This document shows, one piece after another, positions 44,594-54,950 of a DNA stretch of 64,000 nt. Position 1 is the stretch's first letter; each line of letters starts with the position of its first letter. The notes beneath the pieces were generated by a model that saw only the letters and a program-made list of their open reading frames with translations, made no database searches and had not been told where the DNA came from. The stretch is taken from assembly GCA_963767925.1 (NCBI GenBank), contig CAVYGB010000002.1:1792001-1856000 (forward strand). The letters are read 5' to 3'. Source of the DNA: an uncultured delta proteobacterium. GTDB lineage: Bacteria > Myxococcota_A > Polyangia > Fen-1088. A program made the position numbers and the translations under genes.

Positions 44594-45640
44594 CTACTGG
44601 AAGTCGGTCGACCGCCAGGGCGGCGTGACCGGCAGCGCGGCCTGCGGCTCGGCCTCGTGGGGCGGGTGGGTGTCGACCTGCTTGAACTGGAGGTTGCGCA
44701 CGACGTAGGGGCCGTCGACGCCGCTGTCGCGCACGATGAGGCCGCCAAAGCGCAGGGTGAGGGGGTGGTGGCCGGCGCCGAGGTCGACCAGCCGCTCGCG
44801 GGCGAAGGCGATCGGCCGGTCGCCGTCCGATCCGCCCCACAGCTCGGCGTAGGCCCAGTAGCTGCCCGGGCGTTCGATGAGGGCGGTGGTCTCGACCACG
44901 AGGTCGCCGCCCTTGCGCGCCACCTCGGTCCCCTCCATCTCCAGGTGTCCGCCGGGCTGGTGCAGGTAAAACTGCCCCCCCGCCGAGCGGGCGAAGGGCA
45001 CGCCCTCGAGGCGCCCGCGCGCCCGCACCAGGTAGCGGATGGCCGCCGGCGGCGGCGTCTCGACGCCCGACCCTCCCGCCACCGCCCGGGGCGCCTCGAA
45101 CCGGAAGCTGAACTCCGGCTCGGCGCCGTCGCGGAGGGTCTTCATCGGCGCGAACCGGGTGGGCGCCTGCAGCCCGGCCGCCGTGCCGATCTCGACGATC
45201 AGATCGTGCAGCGGGCGGCCCGGCGCGCGCAGCCGGGCGAACACCGTGGTGCCCGCGGGGGTCACGCGCAGGCTGGGCAGCCAGACCCGCAGCTCCGGCT
45301 GCTTTTCGACCGAGGTTGTCTCGACAACCGCCGCGGCCCGGGCCAGCGAGCCCGGCGGGAGCTGGCCCGATCGCCCCTGGTAGCGCAGCAGGTGGGGCCC
45401 GGGCCCGGCCGAGGTGGGCGGGCGCGGGGGCAGGGCCGAGGCCGGCACGCTGGCCATGTGGGGCTCGGGCCGGGGCGCGGTGGCCACGTGCAGGGCCGGG
45501 GGCCGCCCCCGCTGTCCGGCCCGCACCTCGTCGCCCCCCTGCCGGGGCGCCGTCCGGGTCGCCGCCACCGGCGGTCGATCCGAGCGGGCCAGCCACCAGA
45601 GGGCGGCGGCGATCCCGGCGGCCGCGATCAGCGCCGGCAC
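44594..45640 (-). CDS. Membrane-anchored Ig-like protein (choice-of-anchor X/DUF4785-like C-terminus), partner of the upstream hydrolase
   Basis: N-terminal TM segment; G.Y..YAELWG....PIAFA....L.AG...LTLRFGG..VRDSGVDGPY.VRNL. The start is uncertain. Confidence 0.55.
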   Translation of the reverse strand: MPALIAAAGIAAALWWLARSDRPPVAATRTAPRQGGDEVRAGQRGRPPALHVATAPRPEPHMASVPASALPPRPPTSAGPGPHLLRYQGRSGQLPPGSLARAAAVVETTSVEKQPELRVWLPSLRVTPAGTTVFARLRAPGRPLHDLIVEIGTAAGLQAPTRFAPMKTLRDGAEPEFSFRFEAPRAVAGGSGVETPPPAAIRYLVRARGRLEGVPFARSAGGQFYLHQPGGHLEMEGTEVARKGGDLVVETTALIERPGSYWAYAELWGGSDGDRPIAFARERLVDLGAGHHPLTLRFGGLIVRDSGVDGPYVVRNLQFKQVDTHPPHEAEPQAALPVTPPWRSTDFQ

Positions 45641-45684
45641 CCGGGGGGAGGCCAGGCGCAGGCGGGCGCCTGGCGCGCGTCCGA

Positions 45685-46821
45685 TCAGTTGTCCACCCCC
45701 GGCCGGTTGCCGCCCACGTATTGGCCGAGGTAGTGCTGTCCGGCCTTGAGGGCGACGTGGTCGACGATGGGGGCGATGAGATCGTCCCAGCGCCCGTGGT
45801 TGTGGTTGTGGGTGATGTCGAGCCAGGGCTGCAGCGCCCCGCTGATCACGGGGGCGCCGTTGGGGCCCTTGCCGTTGCCGTTGGGCCGCAGCCACTGGCC
45901 GTGCCCGCTGCGCTGCTCGACCAGCCCGTCGCCGGGCACGGTCTCGAAGTTCCAGACGTCCCACTGGCAGGCCGCGCCCCAGGAGTTGGCGGCGCCACGC
46001 TTGTAGCAGAGCATCACCCAGGCCAGGCTGAGATCGCCGTCGGTCTCGCTGTCGTTGCCCGAGTCGTCCTCGGTGCTGCCGCCCGCGACGGTGTAGATGT
46101 TGGTGAGGCGGCCCTCGTCAGACAGCTCGCCCCCGGGCGCGCCGGCCGCTTCCATGTAGGCCCGGGTCATCACCGACGTGGCGGGCGTCGGGTCCTTGAT
46201 GTTGAACGCGCGGGCGATGTTGCCGGCGCCGTTGGCCAGCGCGTGGTCGGCGTCGCCGTAGAGCGAGTCGGCCGCCTGGCTGCCGGTGTGGGGCGCCTGC
46301 AGCGTGATGAGGTAGGCGGTCTTGCGCCGGACCAGGTCGTAGTCCATGCGCGGGTCGACCCAGGTGTATTCGTTGTAATAGGGCGACTGGGGCGTGCCGT
46401 TGTTGATCACGTAGCGGGCCACCACCCCGCCCATCGAGTGGGCCACCAGGATGAGCCTGCCGTCGGGGATGTTGTACTTGGTGATGAAGTCGTTCAGCGA
46501 GGCGGAGATCCGTCCGGCGGCGCGCTGGTGCCACCAGGTCTGGTCGCCGTCGTAGCCCACCCGCCAGACCTGGCAGCCGTCGGGGGCAAACCGGCGGGCC
46601 GCCTGGTAGATGAAGGAGAGGGCATCGCCCCCGCCCGGGCTCCAGTAGCCGTCCATGCCCGGCGAGGCTTGCGGGTCGTCGTCGTGGTAGTTCGACCCCG
46701 AGCCGTGGACGAAGGCCATGTAACAAGGCTGCGCCGCGCGCGCTGGCGGTGGCGCCGTGCCGATGGTCCTCCCGCCCGCCACCAGGGCCAAAAACAACCC
46801 GGCCCCTACGAGGTGCTTCAT
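45685..46821 (-). CDS. Secreted alpha/beta hydrolase (lipase/PGAP1-like)
   Basis: FVHGS, AHSMGG nucleophile, PHTGS..AD, DGLV and a C-terminal His. Confidence 0.8.
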   Translation of the reverse strand: MKHLVGAGLFLALVAGGRTIGTAPPPARAAQPCYMAFVHGSGSNYHDDDPQASPGMDGYWSPGGGDALSFIYQAARRFAPDGCQVWRVGYDGDQTWWHQRAAGRISASLNDFITKYNIPDGRLILVAHSMGGVVARYVINNGTPQSPYYNEYTWVDPRMDYDLVRRKTAYLITLQAPHTGSQAADSLYGDADHALANGAGNIARAFNIKDPTPATSVMTRAYMEAAGAPGGELSDEGRLTNIYTVAGGSTEDDSGNDSETDGDLSLAWVMLCYKRGAANSWGAACQWDVWNFETVPGDGLVEQRSGHGQWLRPNGNGKGPNGAPVISGALQPWLDITHNHNHGRWDDLIAPIVDHVALKAGQHYLGQYVGGNRPGVDN

Positions 46822-47246
46822 GGCGAGACCTCCTAAAACAAGCTTCACGATAGCAGCGTCGCCGCGACTTCCGGCAGCGAAAAGCGCGGGACGCGTGCCG
46901 ATGTCGGGAGATGCAAACTGCAAGGCCGCCCCGGCGGGGGCGCCTGCTGCGTCGCTCCCTCGAGATCGTCACCGATTCCGGGCATGCGGCCGGCGAGGTA
47001 TCGGACGTCGTATCGGACGTGTGCGCTGTGTGCAGTTGTCAGGCGATGCCCGCGGTCTGGTGTTTCTGGCCGTCCCGAGCGGCCCCCGGGTCTGGCGGGC
47101 GCTACCCCCTCGCCGGAGATGTGCGGCGCGAGCCCACAGGAGGCCGTCGTCTACCTCCGGCGGCTCGAGCGAGCCCCCGCCCCGGTCTCCGCCCGGGATC
47201 GGCGCGGGTGACAGCGGGGGCGATTGGGCCTAGGCTCGGCCCTCCG

Positions 47247-48350
47247 ATGAACCGTCGGAAGCTGCTCGCCGCCGCCGGGCTCCTCGCCCCAGTCGCCGCC
47301 GGCAGCGCCCGGGCCTCGGCCCGGGAGGCCCCCGCCGCCAGCCGGGGCGAGCCGCTCAAGATGAAGGTCGGCTGCCAGCAGGGCCCCACCACCGAGGAGC
47401 TGCTGAGCTTCTTCGCCCGCCACGGCATCCGGAACGTGTGCGGCGTGCTGGGCGACCGCCCGGGCGGCGGCGCCCTGACCGTCGAGGAGTTGGAGAAGCT
47501 GCGCGACCGTTGCGCCCGCCACGGCATCAGCCTGGATCTCGTGCGCCTGCACTTCCTCCGTCCGCGCGGCGTGGACAGCGGCAGCCGCTCGGCCATCGTG
47601 CTGGGCCAGAGCCCGGAGCGCGATCGGGACATCGAGGAGATCCAGAACAGCATCCGGAGCTGCGCGCGGGCCCGGGTGCCGGGGCTGACCTACAACCTCA
47701 CCGCCCTGGGCATGTTGCGCAACAACCCGACGGTGGGGCGCGGCGGAGCGACCTACGCCGCCTGGCGCCTGAGCCGGGAGGGCGAGCAGGCCCGGCGGCC
47801 AACCCGCGCCGGGCGGCTGCCCGCCGAGGTCTACTGGGAGCGCATCAGCTACTTCCTCGAGCGGGTGGTGCCGGTCGCCACCGAACACAAGGTCCGCCTG
47901 GCCTGCCACCCCCAGGACCCGGCAGTGCCCCTCGGCTTCCGGGGCATCGACGCCGTCCTGGGCTCGGTCGCCGGGCTCGAGCGGTTCGTGTCGATCGCCG
48001 AGAGCCCCTACCACGGCCTGAACTTCTGCCAGGGCACCGTCTCGGAGATGTTGACCGATCCGGCCCGCGAGATCTTCGACGTCATCCGCCGCTTCGGCAA
48101 GCGGAAGAAGATCTTCAACGTCCACTTCCGCAACATCAAGGGCCGGCGCGACGACTTCCAGGAGACCTTCCCCGACGAGGGCGACATCGACTTCGTCCAG
48201 GCGCTCAAGGTGTACCGCGAGGTCGGCTACGACGGCATGCTCATGCCCGACCACGTCCCCGCCCACCCCGACGACCCCAGCAAACGCCAGGCCTTCGCCT
48301 TCTGCTACGGCTACATCCGCGCCCTCCTTCAGGCCGCCGCGGCGGCCTGA
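47247..48350 (+). CDS. uxuA: Mannonate dehydratase (UxuA family) with a Tat-like leader
   Basis: YFLERVVPVA....VRLACHPQDP, GLNFCQG, VHFRNIKG, E.FPDEGD.D and MPDHVP motifs; MNRRKLL leader. Confidence 0.8.
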   Translation: MNRRKLLAAAGLLAPVAAGSARASAREAPAASRGEPLKMKVGCQQGPTTEELLSFFARHGIRNVCGVLGDRPGGGALTVEELEKLRDRCARHGISLDLVRLHFLRPRGVDSGSRSAIVLGQSPERDRDIEEIQNSIRSCARARVPGLTYNLTALGMLRNNPTVGRGGATYAAWRLSREGEQARRPTRAGRLPAEVYWERISYFLERVVPVATEHKVRLACHPQDPAVPLGFRGIDAVLGSVAGLERFVSIAESPYHGLNFCQGTVSEMLTDPAREIFDVIRRFGKRKKIFNVHFRNIKGRRDDFQETFPDEGDIDFVQALKVYREVGYDGMLMPDHVPAHPDDPSKRQAFAFCYGYIRALLQAAAAA

Positions 48351-48531
48351 GTTGCGCTCGCAGTGCCGACGCAGGCGTCGGGGCTCCGCGAGGGCGCGGC
48401 GGAGTCGCGACCCTCCGAGCTCGTCGATCCAGGAGAGGTGAAGCCCATGCGCTCAGGGGGGCTCGCGCGCAGGGGCGGCTTCGCAGGGTGGTGCGCCCCG
48501 TTGCGTCGGGGGGCCCAAGGAACGGCCGCGC

Positions 48532-49245
48532 TCAGAGGGTGAAGCCCATGCGCTGCAGGGGGTCGCGCAGGTCGGCGGGCAGGGGCGCCTGGAAGGTCAC
48601 GCGCTCGCCGCTGCGGGGGTGGTCGAAGCTGAGGCTGACCGCGTGCAGCGCCAGCCGAGCCAGCCCGAAGCGCTCGCGGCAGCGGCGGTTGTGCTCGCTG
48701 CGCCCGTGGTTGACGTCGCCCAGCACGGGGTGGGCGATGTGCTTGAGGTGGCGCCGGATCTGGTGCAGCCGCCCCGATCGGGGCCGCGCCTCGACCAGCG
48801 CGTAGCGCGACTCGCGAAAGTCCTCCCCCGGCGCCAGCGCGACCGTGACCACCTGCAGCCGCCGAAACTCGGTGCAGGCCGGCACCCGGGGCCCGTCCTC
48901 GCGCCGGGGAATCGGCTGATCGATGACCCCCGCCTCGGGCGGCGCCCCCCGCACCGCCACCAGGTACCGCTTGTCGGCCGCCCCCTGCTCGAGCTGCGCC
49001 TGCAAGCTCGCCGTCGCCTCCGCCGATCGGGCCAGCACCAGCACCCCGCTGGCCCCCCGGTCCAGCCGGTGCACCGGATGCAACGTCCCCCCCTCCCCCC
49101 GCCGCACGAGCTGCACCACCGTCACCCGATCCGGCGCCAGCCCCGTCGGATGCACCAGCAACCCCGCCGGCTTGCCCACCACAACCAGGTCCTCATCCCG
49201 GTAAAGCACGACAACCTCCCCCGCAACCTCCTCGTCTGCTGCCAC
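48532..49245 (-). CDS. RluA/TruC-family pseudouridine synthase
   Basis: KPAGLLVH, HRLDRGASG, GRLHQIRRH, HPVLGD and LALHA motifs. Confidence 0.9.
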   Translation of the reverse strand: MAADEEVAGEVVVLYRDEDLVVVGKPAGLLVHPTGLAPDRVTVVQLVRRGEGGTLHPVHRLDRGASGVLVLARSAEATASLQAQLEQGAADKRYLVAVRGAPPEAGVIDQPIPRREDGPRVPACTEFRRLQVVTVALAPGEDFRESRYALVEARPRSGRLHQIRRHLKHIAHPVLGDVNHGRSEHNRRCRERFGLARLALHAVSLSFDHPRSGERVTFQAPLPADLRDPLQRMGFTL

Positions 49246-49261
49246 CCACCGACCTTACCAC

Positions 49262-49409
49262 CCCCGCCCGCGCCGCCCCGGCTCGCCCCGCCCGCGCCGC
49301 CCCGACTCGCCCCGCCCGCGCCGCCCCGACTCGCCCCGCCCGCGCCGCCCCGACTCGCCCCGCCCGCGCCGCCCCGACGCGCCCCGCCCGCGCCGCCCCG
49401 ACTCGCCCC
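49262..49409. repeat. Tandem array of about 6 x 24 bp (CGCCCCGCCCGCGCCGCCCCGACT)
   Basis: Direct inspection. Confidence 0.85.
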
Positions 49410-49905
49410 GGCACGCGCGAGCCCCTCTCCTCGGGGGCAATAGCCCTCTTACCCTCTCCCCGCGGTCTGCCGTGGGGAGAGGGCAGGGTGAGGGGCGGTT
49501 GCCGGCCCGGGGCGCCCGCCCCCGATGGGGCGCCGACCGCCTCCGCCCGGTAGCCGGAGACGCCCGGCTCCCATCCGTCGCCATCGCACCAGGACGTCCA
49601 ACCCAGACGAAATGCGCCCGACGTTGGCGCTCCAACTTGAATAGGGCATTAGCAGCGCAGCCGGGCGCCCCCTGACCTGCGAAGGCTGATCATGCGCAGT
49701 CGCAGGCGAACGGCATCGCTGTACCCGACTGACTCGTCACCGCCTCGCGCAGCGCCACGCCCGCAAGGCACCGTGAAGAAGAACCCTTCGCGAGCACGGG
49801 CCGCAGGTCGTGGTCCGAGCGCGGCGCGACCGGGCGGCCTGGGCCGAGCCGCTCGCCTCCAGGAGGGGGAGATGGACGGGCAGGGCTCCCCGGCGCTGCC
49901 GGCGC

Positions 49906-50856
49906 TCAGCCGCCGCGCTGGGAGCGGAGCTCGCCGCAGAGGCTCTTGATGGAGGAGCGGTCGGCGGGGCTCACCTGGATGGGGGCCCGGCCCTGGCGGC
50001 TCAAGGTGAAGGCCAGCGTGCGGCGCGCACCCGGCTTGGCGTCGCCGCGGAGGATCGACTGGAAGGACGCGGTCAGGCCCCGCTGGATGTCGGCCACCTC
50101 GGCGCCGCCGAAGGCCGCGCGCAGGGCGGCGGTGCGGTCGGCCGGGGTGCTGGCGATCGAGCTGTGGGCGATGAGGCGCTGCAGGCGGTCCACGACCCCC
50201 GGACCGGGGTCGCCGAGGAGCTGCCGCACGAGCATCCAGGCGGTCATGTACACGGCGCGCGCGTCCGATCCGAAGAAGTCGCCGCTGCCCGAGGTCAGCA
50301 GGCGGTCGATCGGAATCGGGTCCTCGAAGTACACCCAGCTCGGCACCACGTTGGCCGAGTCGAAGGCCACCTGGCGGTCGCGGATCTCGAGGGCGGCGAC
50401 GTATTCGGCGAAGCCCTCGTGCAGCCAGCGGGGCACCTTCTCGTTCACCGCGTGCAGCAGGCGGTGGGCCAGCTCGTGGGCCGCGGTGGCCTCGGCGGCG
50501 GCCATGTCCTCGCCGTCGGCGGACAGCACGAGCAGGCCGTCCTCGAAGGACGAGGCGCGCAGGGTGAGGAACCCGAGCAGGTTGCCCGGCGCCACCCCCT
50601 CGAAGTCCTCCTGCTTGGCGAACAGCAGCACGTCGATGGGCGGCACGCGCACACCCTGGAAGAAGGTGCCCGAGAGCGCCTCGTAGACGTCCTCGAGGTG
50701 GTCGATCACCCGCTGGTAGCGGCCGGCCGGCGCGTCGGTCCGCACCACGAAGTGCGGGCTGACGACCACCTTCCACTGCTCGACCGGGTTCTCCCAGGGC
50801 TTGTGACCACAACCAACTCCCACGAGCACCGACAGCATCAGCAGAGGGGCGCGCAT
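49906..50856 (-). CDS. DUF1570-like zincin (HExxH) lipoprotein
   Basis: Lipobox GVGC, SPHFVVRTD, AHELAH, P.WLHEGFAEY and Y..AW.LV motifs. Confidence 0.75.
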   Translation of the reverse strand: MRAPLLMLSVLVGVGCGHKPWENPVEQWKVVVSPHFVVRTDAPAGRYQRVIDHLEDVYEALSGTFFQGVRVPPIDVLLFAKQEDFEGVAPGNLLGFLTLRASSFEDGLLVLSADGEDMAAAEATAAHELAHRLLHAVNEKVPRWLHEGFAEYVAALEIRDRQVAFDSANVVPSWVYFEDPIPIDRLLTSGSGDFFGSDARAVYMTAWMLVRQLLGDPGPGVVDRLQRLIAHSSIASTPADRTAALRAAFGGAEVADIQRGLTASFQSILRGDAKPGARRTLAFTLSRQGRAPIQVSPADRSSIKSLCGELRSQRGG

Positions 50857-51157
50857 CCTCTACAAGTGTATAAAGGTAGTATGATGGGTTACAAGTATTA
50901 CCGCGTCAGACATTGAGACTACCGACAGGTCCAGCCCCCGCCCGGCCCTGGCGATCGCGGGTCAACTCCCGGAAACCAGAGGCGAAGCCGGGCACCCGCC
51001 GATTGCTTGGTGCCGGCGAGCACCCGCCCCGCTGGCGCTGACGCCCGCGCCCGGTCGCTTCGCTCCGCGCTCACGCCCTCGGCCGGCAGGCCGACCGTTG
51101 TCGCGGGGTGCCGGCCACCCCAGCCGACCACCTGACGAACGAGCCGAGCGCGGTCGC

Positions 51158-51306
51158 GTCGTGGAGTCGCTGTCGTGGAGTCGCTGTCGTGGAGTCGCTG
51201 TCGTGGAGTCGCTGTCGTGGAGTCGCTGTCGTGGAGTCGCTGTCGTGGAGTCGCTGTCGTGGAGTCGCTGTCGTGGAGTCGCTGTCGTGGAGTCGCTGTC
51301 GTGGAG
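51158..51306. repeat. Tandem array of about 10.5 x 14 bp (GTGGAGTCGCTGTC)
   Basis: Direct inspection; perfect period of 14. Confidence 0.95.
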
Positions 51307-51509
51307 GTGGCGATGGTGGAATCAGCCCCTCGGGCGCGGCCGTCGGGCAGGTGACGTGTGGAAGAGCGGGAGTCGCGCGGACTCGTGGGCGGAGCTCGGG
51401 CGCCTCCGGAAAGGGGGGCGGAGAGGAGGGTGGGCCGCGGTGCCGTGGGATCCGGCGGCGCGGGCGGCGTCCGCTCGGTCACGGACGCGACCGGCGAGAG
51501 CGGTCAGGC

Positions 51510-51899
51510 GCGATCTTGAAAATGGCGTTTGTTGCGAGGGGGCGAGGCCGCCGCCGTGAGAGAGCGATGGGCGTGTTGGGCTGGTGGGTGCGGTTTCGGC
51601 GCCGTCGGGAAGAGTGGTCGCTCGGGACAGGAGGGTTGGTTCAGGCGCTGCCGTAGACGGGGGAGGATGGTGCCGCTGGTGAGGAGGTTTTCCGGGGAGA
51701 CGAGTGCGATCTTGAAAATGGCGGTTGTTGCGGGAGGCGGGCGGCCGCCGCCGTGAGGAGCGGTGGGCGTGTTGGCCTGGTGGGCGCGGTTCGGCGCCGT
51801 CGGGGGAGAGGGGTCGCGCGGGACAGGAGGGTTGGTTCAGGCGCTGCCGTAGACGGGGAGGATGGTGCCGCTGGTGAGGAGGTTTTCCGGGGAGACGAG
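51510..51899. repeat. Imperfect tandem duplication (about 196 bp) that includes the 3' end of the SDR gene
   Basis: GCGATCTTGAAAATGGCG starts at 51510 and 51706, and TCAGGCGCTGCCGTAGACGG...GGAGACGAG occurs twice. Confidence 0.85.
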
Positions 51900-52529
51900 C
51901 CAGACAATCGTGCGGGCGATCTGGTCGGGCCGGGGCCAGCGGTCGTGCGAGGCCTTCGGCATGGCGGCCCGGTTGGCGGCGGTGTCGATGGTCGAGGGGG
52001 CGATGGCGTTGACCAGGATGCCGTCGGCTTTCACCTCCTCGGCGAGCGCGGCGGTCAGCAGATTGACGCCGGCCTTGGACACGGCGTACGCGATCGAGCC
52101 GCCCGCCGGGACGAGGGCAGCCCGCGAGGTGACGTTCACGATGCGGCCGCCCGCGCCCGGGGTGCGGCGCAGGTTGCGGACCGCCTCCCGGCTGCAGAGG
52201 AAGGTGGTGACCAGGTTCATGTCGAGCTGCTGCCGCAGGTCACTCAGCCCGGTCTCGAGGATGGGGCTACCGGCGTACCCGCCCGCCAGGTGGACCGATC
52301 CCCACAGCGGCGGCAGGCCCGCGTAGTAGCCGGTCACCGAGCCCTCGTCGGTCAGATCGACCCCCGCGGTGACGACCACCTCCGCCCCCGGCGCCGCTCC
52401 CGCCCCGCCGGCACGCACCGGCAGGTGGCAGCGCGCCCCCGCCGCCACCAGCGCCTCCACGACCGCGCCCCCCAGCCCACCCCGACCTCCGGTCACGACG
52501 ATGTCTCGACCCTGCAGCAAAAGTCCCAT
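51837..52529 (-). CDS. SDR family oxidoreductase
   Basis: [22 protein letters not shown] and [11 protein letters not shown] motifs. Confidence 0.9.
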   Translation of the reverse strand: MGLLLQGRDIVVTGGRGGLGGAVVEALVAAGARCHLPVRAGGAGAAPGAEVVVTAGVDLTDEGSVTGYYAGLPPLWGSVHLAGGYAGSPILETGLSDLRQQLDMNLVTTFLCSREAVRNLRRTPGAGGRIVNVTSRAALVPAGGSIAYAVSKAGVNLLTAALAEEVKADGILVNAIAPSTIDTAANRAAMPKASHDRWPRPDQIARTIVWLVSPENLLTSGTILPVYGSA

Positions 52530-52599
52530 CCCCCGACTCTACCCCCCCCCGCCCCCGCCACGCAGCGCCTGCTCACGGCAAAGTCCCGCGCTCCTCTGC

Positions 52600-53110
52600 C
52601 CCATCTCGCGCGCCCCCATCTCGCGCGCCCCCATCTCGCGCGCCCCCATCTCGCGCCCCCCCATCTCGCGCGCCCCCATCTCGCGCGCCCCCATCTCGCG
52701 CCCCCCCATCTCGCGCGCCCCCATCTCGCGCCCCCCCATCTCGCGCCCCCCATCTCGCGCGCCCCCATCTCGCGCGCCCCCATCTCGCGCCCCCCCATCT
52801 CGCGCGCCCCCATCTCGCGCCCCCCCATCTCGCGCGCCCCCATCTCGCGCGCCCCCATCTCGCGCGCCCCCATCTCGCGCGCCCCCATCTCGCGCGCCCC
52901 CATCTCGCGCGCCCCCATCTCGCGCGCCCCCATCTCGCGCCCCCCATCTCGCGCCCCCCCATCTCGCGCGCCCCCATCTCGCGCCCCCCCATCTCGCGCG
53001 CCCCCATCTCGCGCGCCCCCATCTCGCGCCCCCCCATCTCGCGCCCCCCATCTCGCGCCCCCCCATCTCGCCCGCCCCCCCCCATCTCGCGCCCCCCCCC
53101 ATCTCGCGTG
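52600..53110. repeat. Tandem array of about 34 x 15 bp (ATCTCGCGCGCCCCC and variants)
   Basis: Direct inspection; some units differ in the length of the C run. Confidence 0.95.
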
Positions 53111-53870
53111 CCCCACCCGCGCCTCCAATCTCACGTCCTCAACCTCGCGACCCGCCATCCCGCGTCCCCCGCCATCGGCAAGGGGTCGTTGTCTTGCCAG
53201 GTCTGGCTGGATTGGCGGTGCTCGAGGTGATCGAGGGCGATGGCCCGGTAGCGACACGCGAGGTCAGAGAGAAACGTGCGGGACTCCCCAATGCCGTTCT
53301 GTTGCTCTTTAGACCCTCTTTCCGCGGCCCGATGTGGGGGAGGCAGGGTGGGGGGCGGTTGCCACGCGGGAGGCCCTCACCCGGCGCGCAGACGAGCGAC
53401 TTCTCCCCAAGGCAGGCCGCGGGGAGAGGTGATCGGTCTGTCTTGCGCGAGGTGAACCTCTCCGCCTAATCCAGCACGGCATTGGCTGCTAGCCGTCTGC
53501 TAGCCGAGAGCCCGCCGGCCGCATACTTGAAAAGGGCACTACTTGAAAAAGGTGCTGCTCGAATAGGGCGCTGCTACAAACGAGGCGTCACCAGCCCAGC
53601 CGACGTCGGCTACCTGGCCGATACGGTCTCTTGACCGGCCACTTCGAGGCGGCCGGGCGAGTAAACGCAAGGCCATCTCCGTGCTCAAGAAGCCCAGCAC
53701 GGCCTGGTGGGTCGGTGGCATGGCGATGGTGAGACGGTCGCATGGACGCCGCTGCTTCGCTGCCGCGGCCGTGCAGTCGCACGCTCCGAGGCCACAATGC
53801 GAGCGCTAGGTCGGCTCGCGCTCGAGATCCAGCACGCCGGTGTTTAGAGTGAGCCGCTGAAACCTGTGAA

Positions 53871-54533
53871 TTACGCACGAGAGGCAGCGTTGAAGGCAAT
53901 CAGCGCACAGGCGAGCCGAACGAAGGCTAAGTAATTCTCGGCTTTGCGTTCCCAGCGGATGAGAAGACCTCGATATCGGTTGTGCCAGCTGTTGGTGCGC
54001 TCGACCACCCAGCGTCGCGGGCTACCGTGAACACAGCCGACCAGTGGTGGGTTCGCCTCGCCGGCGGATGTGAGGAACGATTCGACGGCGGCGAACCTCC
54101 TGCTCACAGTCGGCGTAGTCGTAGCCTTTGTCGAGGCACAAGTTCTTGGGGCGACGTGGACCACGAGGGCCCCGCAGGACCATGGCATCCAGGGTCTGGC
54201 CCACCATCCACTTGTCGTGCACGTTCGCCCCTGTGATGGTGACGGCCAGGGGCACGCCGTCGGCGTCGGTCAGGATGTGGCGCTTGGTCCCGAGTTTGGC
54301 CCGATCGGTCGGACTGGGGCCGGTGAGGTCCCCCCTTTTGGTGCCTTGACAGTGGCGCTGTCGAGCGAGCACCAGCTCAGGTCGACGCCAACATGCTGGT
54401 CGTAGTAGAGGACCATCTCCACGTGCATCATGTGGAACACGCCCGCCGCTCGCCACTGCTGGAACCGCTGGTAGCACACGCTGCCGCTGCCGAACTCGCG
54501 GGGGATGGCATCCCATTGGCACCCGGTCTTGAG
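53871..54533 (-). pseudogene. IS5-family transposase, 5'-truncated and frameshifted
   Basis: TGCQW.AIP.EFG...YQRFQQW...G, LDSATVKAPKGG with an A4G5 slip, PTDRAKLGTKRH.LTD..G.PL, DKGYD, and RWVVERT.SW....R.L.IRWERK..NYL. Confidence 0.85.
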
Positions 54534-54537
54534 CTTG

Positions 54538-54787
54538 TTGCAGGGCCAGCTTCGGCGCGCGCTGTTGTCGGCATACCTGGGCATCGCCGAGGCATCCAGC
54601 CGAACGGGCGCCGGATCTCACGGTTCCGCACCGCCAGAGGCGAAGCGTCCGAGGCGGCAGCCGCCTTGGAGGCGGTTGCAATCCTGGGACTTGCTCCGAT
54701 ACCGAGATCGAAGCGGTGATGTCTCTGCTCGACCGGCTGTGCGCGATGCTCACTCGGCTCGCCGGCATGCACCGCCACCAACCCTGA
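54538..54787 (+). pseudogene. Second four helix bundle protein, 5'-truncated and frameshifted (not called intact in the ORF track)
   Basis: Across three frames: QLRRALLSAYLGIAEASSR / RFRTARGEASEAAAALE / VMSLLDRLCAMLTRL*. Confidence 0.65.
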
Positions 54788-54950
54788 TGACTGCCGCGGC
54801 TGTCGTGGTCGTGCTCGTGTGCGAGCGCGTGTTCGAGTTCGTGTCCGTGTGTGGTGAGCGTGTTCGGCCCGCGGGCCTCGGCTCGCGTGATTTACGCGCA
54901 CCGAGAGCCGCCTGGCCGCTCAACGCTCGCCCCACACGAACACGAACACG

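Noticed and set aside
51510..51899. Duplicated segment as a DGR TR/VR pair
   Set aside because: The differences are indels and mixed substitutions in the non-coding part, not A-specific changes in the coding part.
52369..53469. Repetitive ORFs across the 15-bp array (and across the 14-, 24- and 28-bp arrays)
   Set aside because: They are open in several frames only because the repeat units have few or no stop codons; no RBS or domain was seen.
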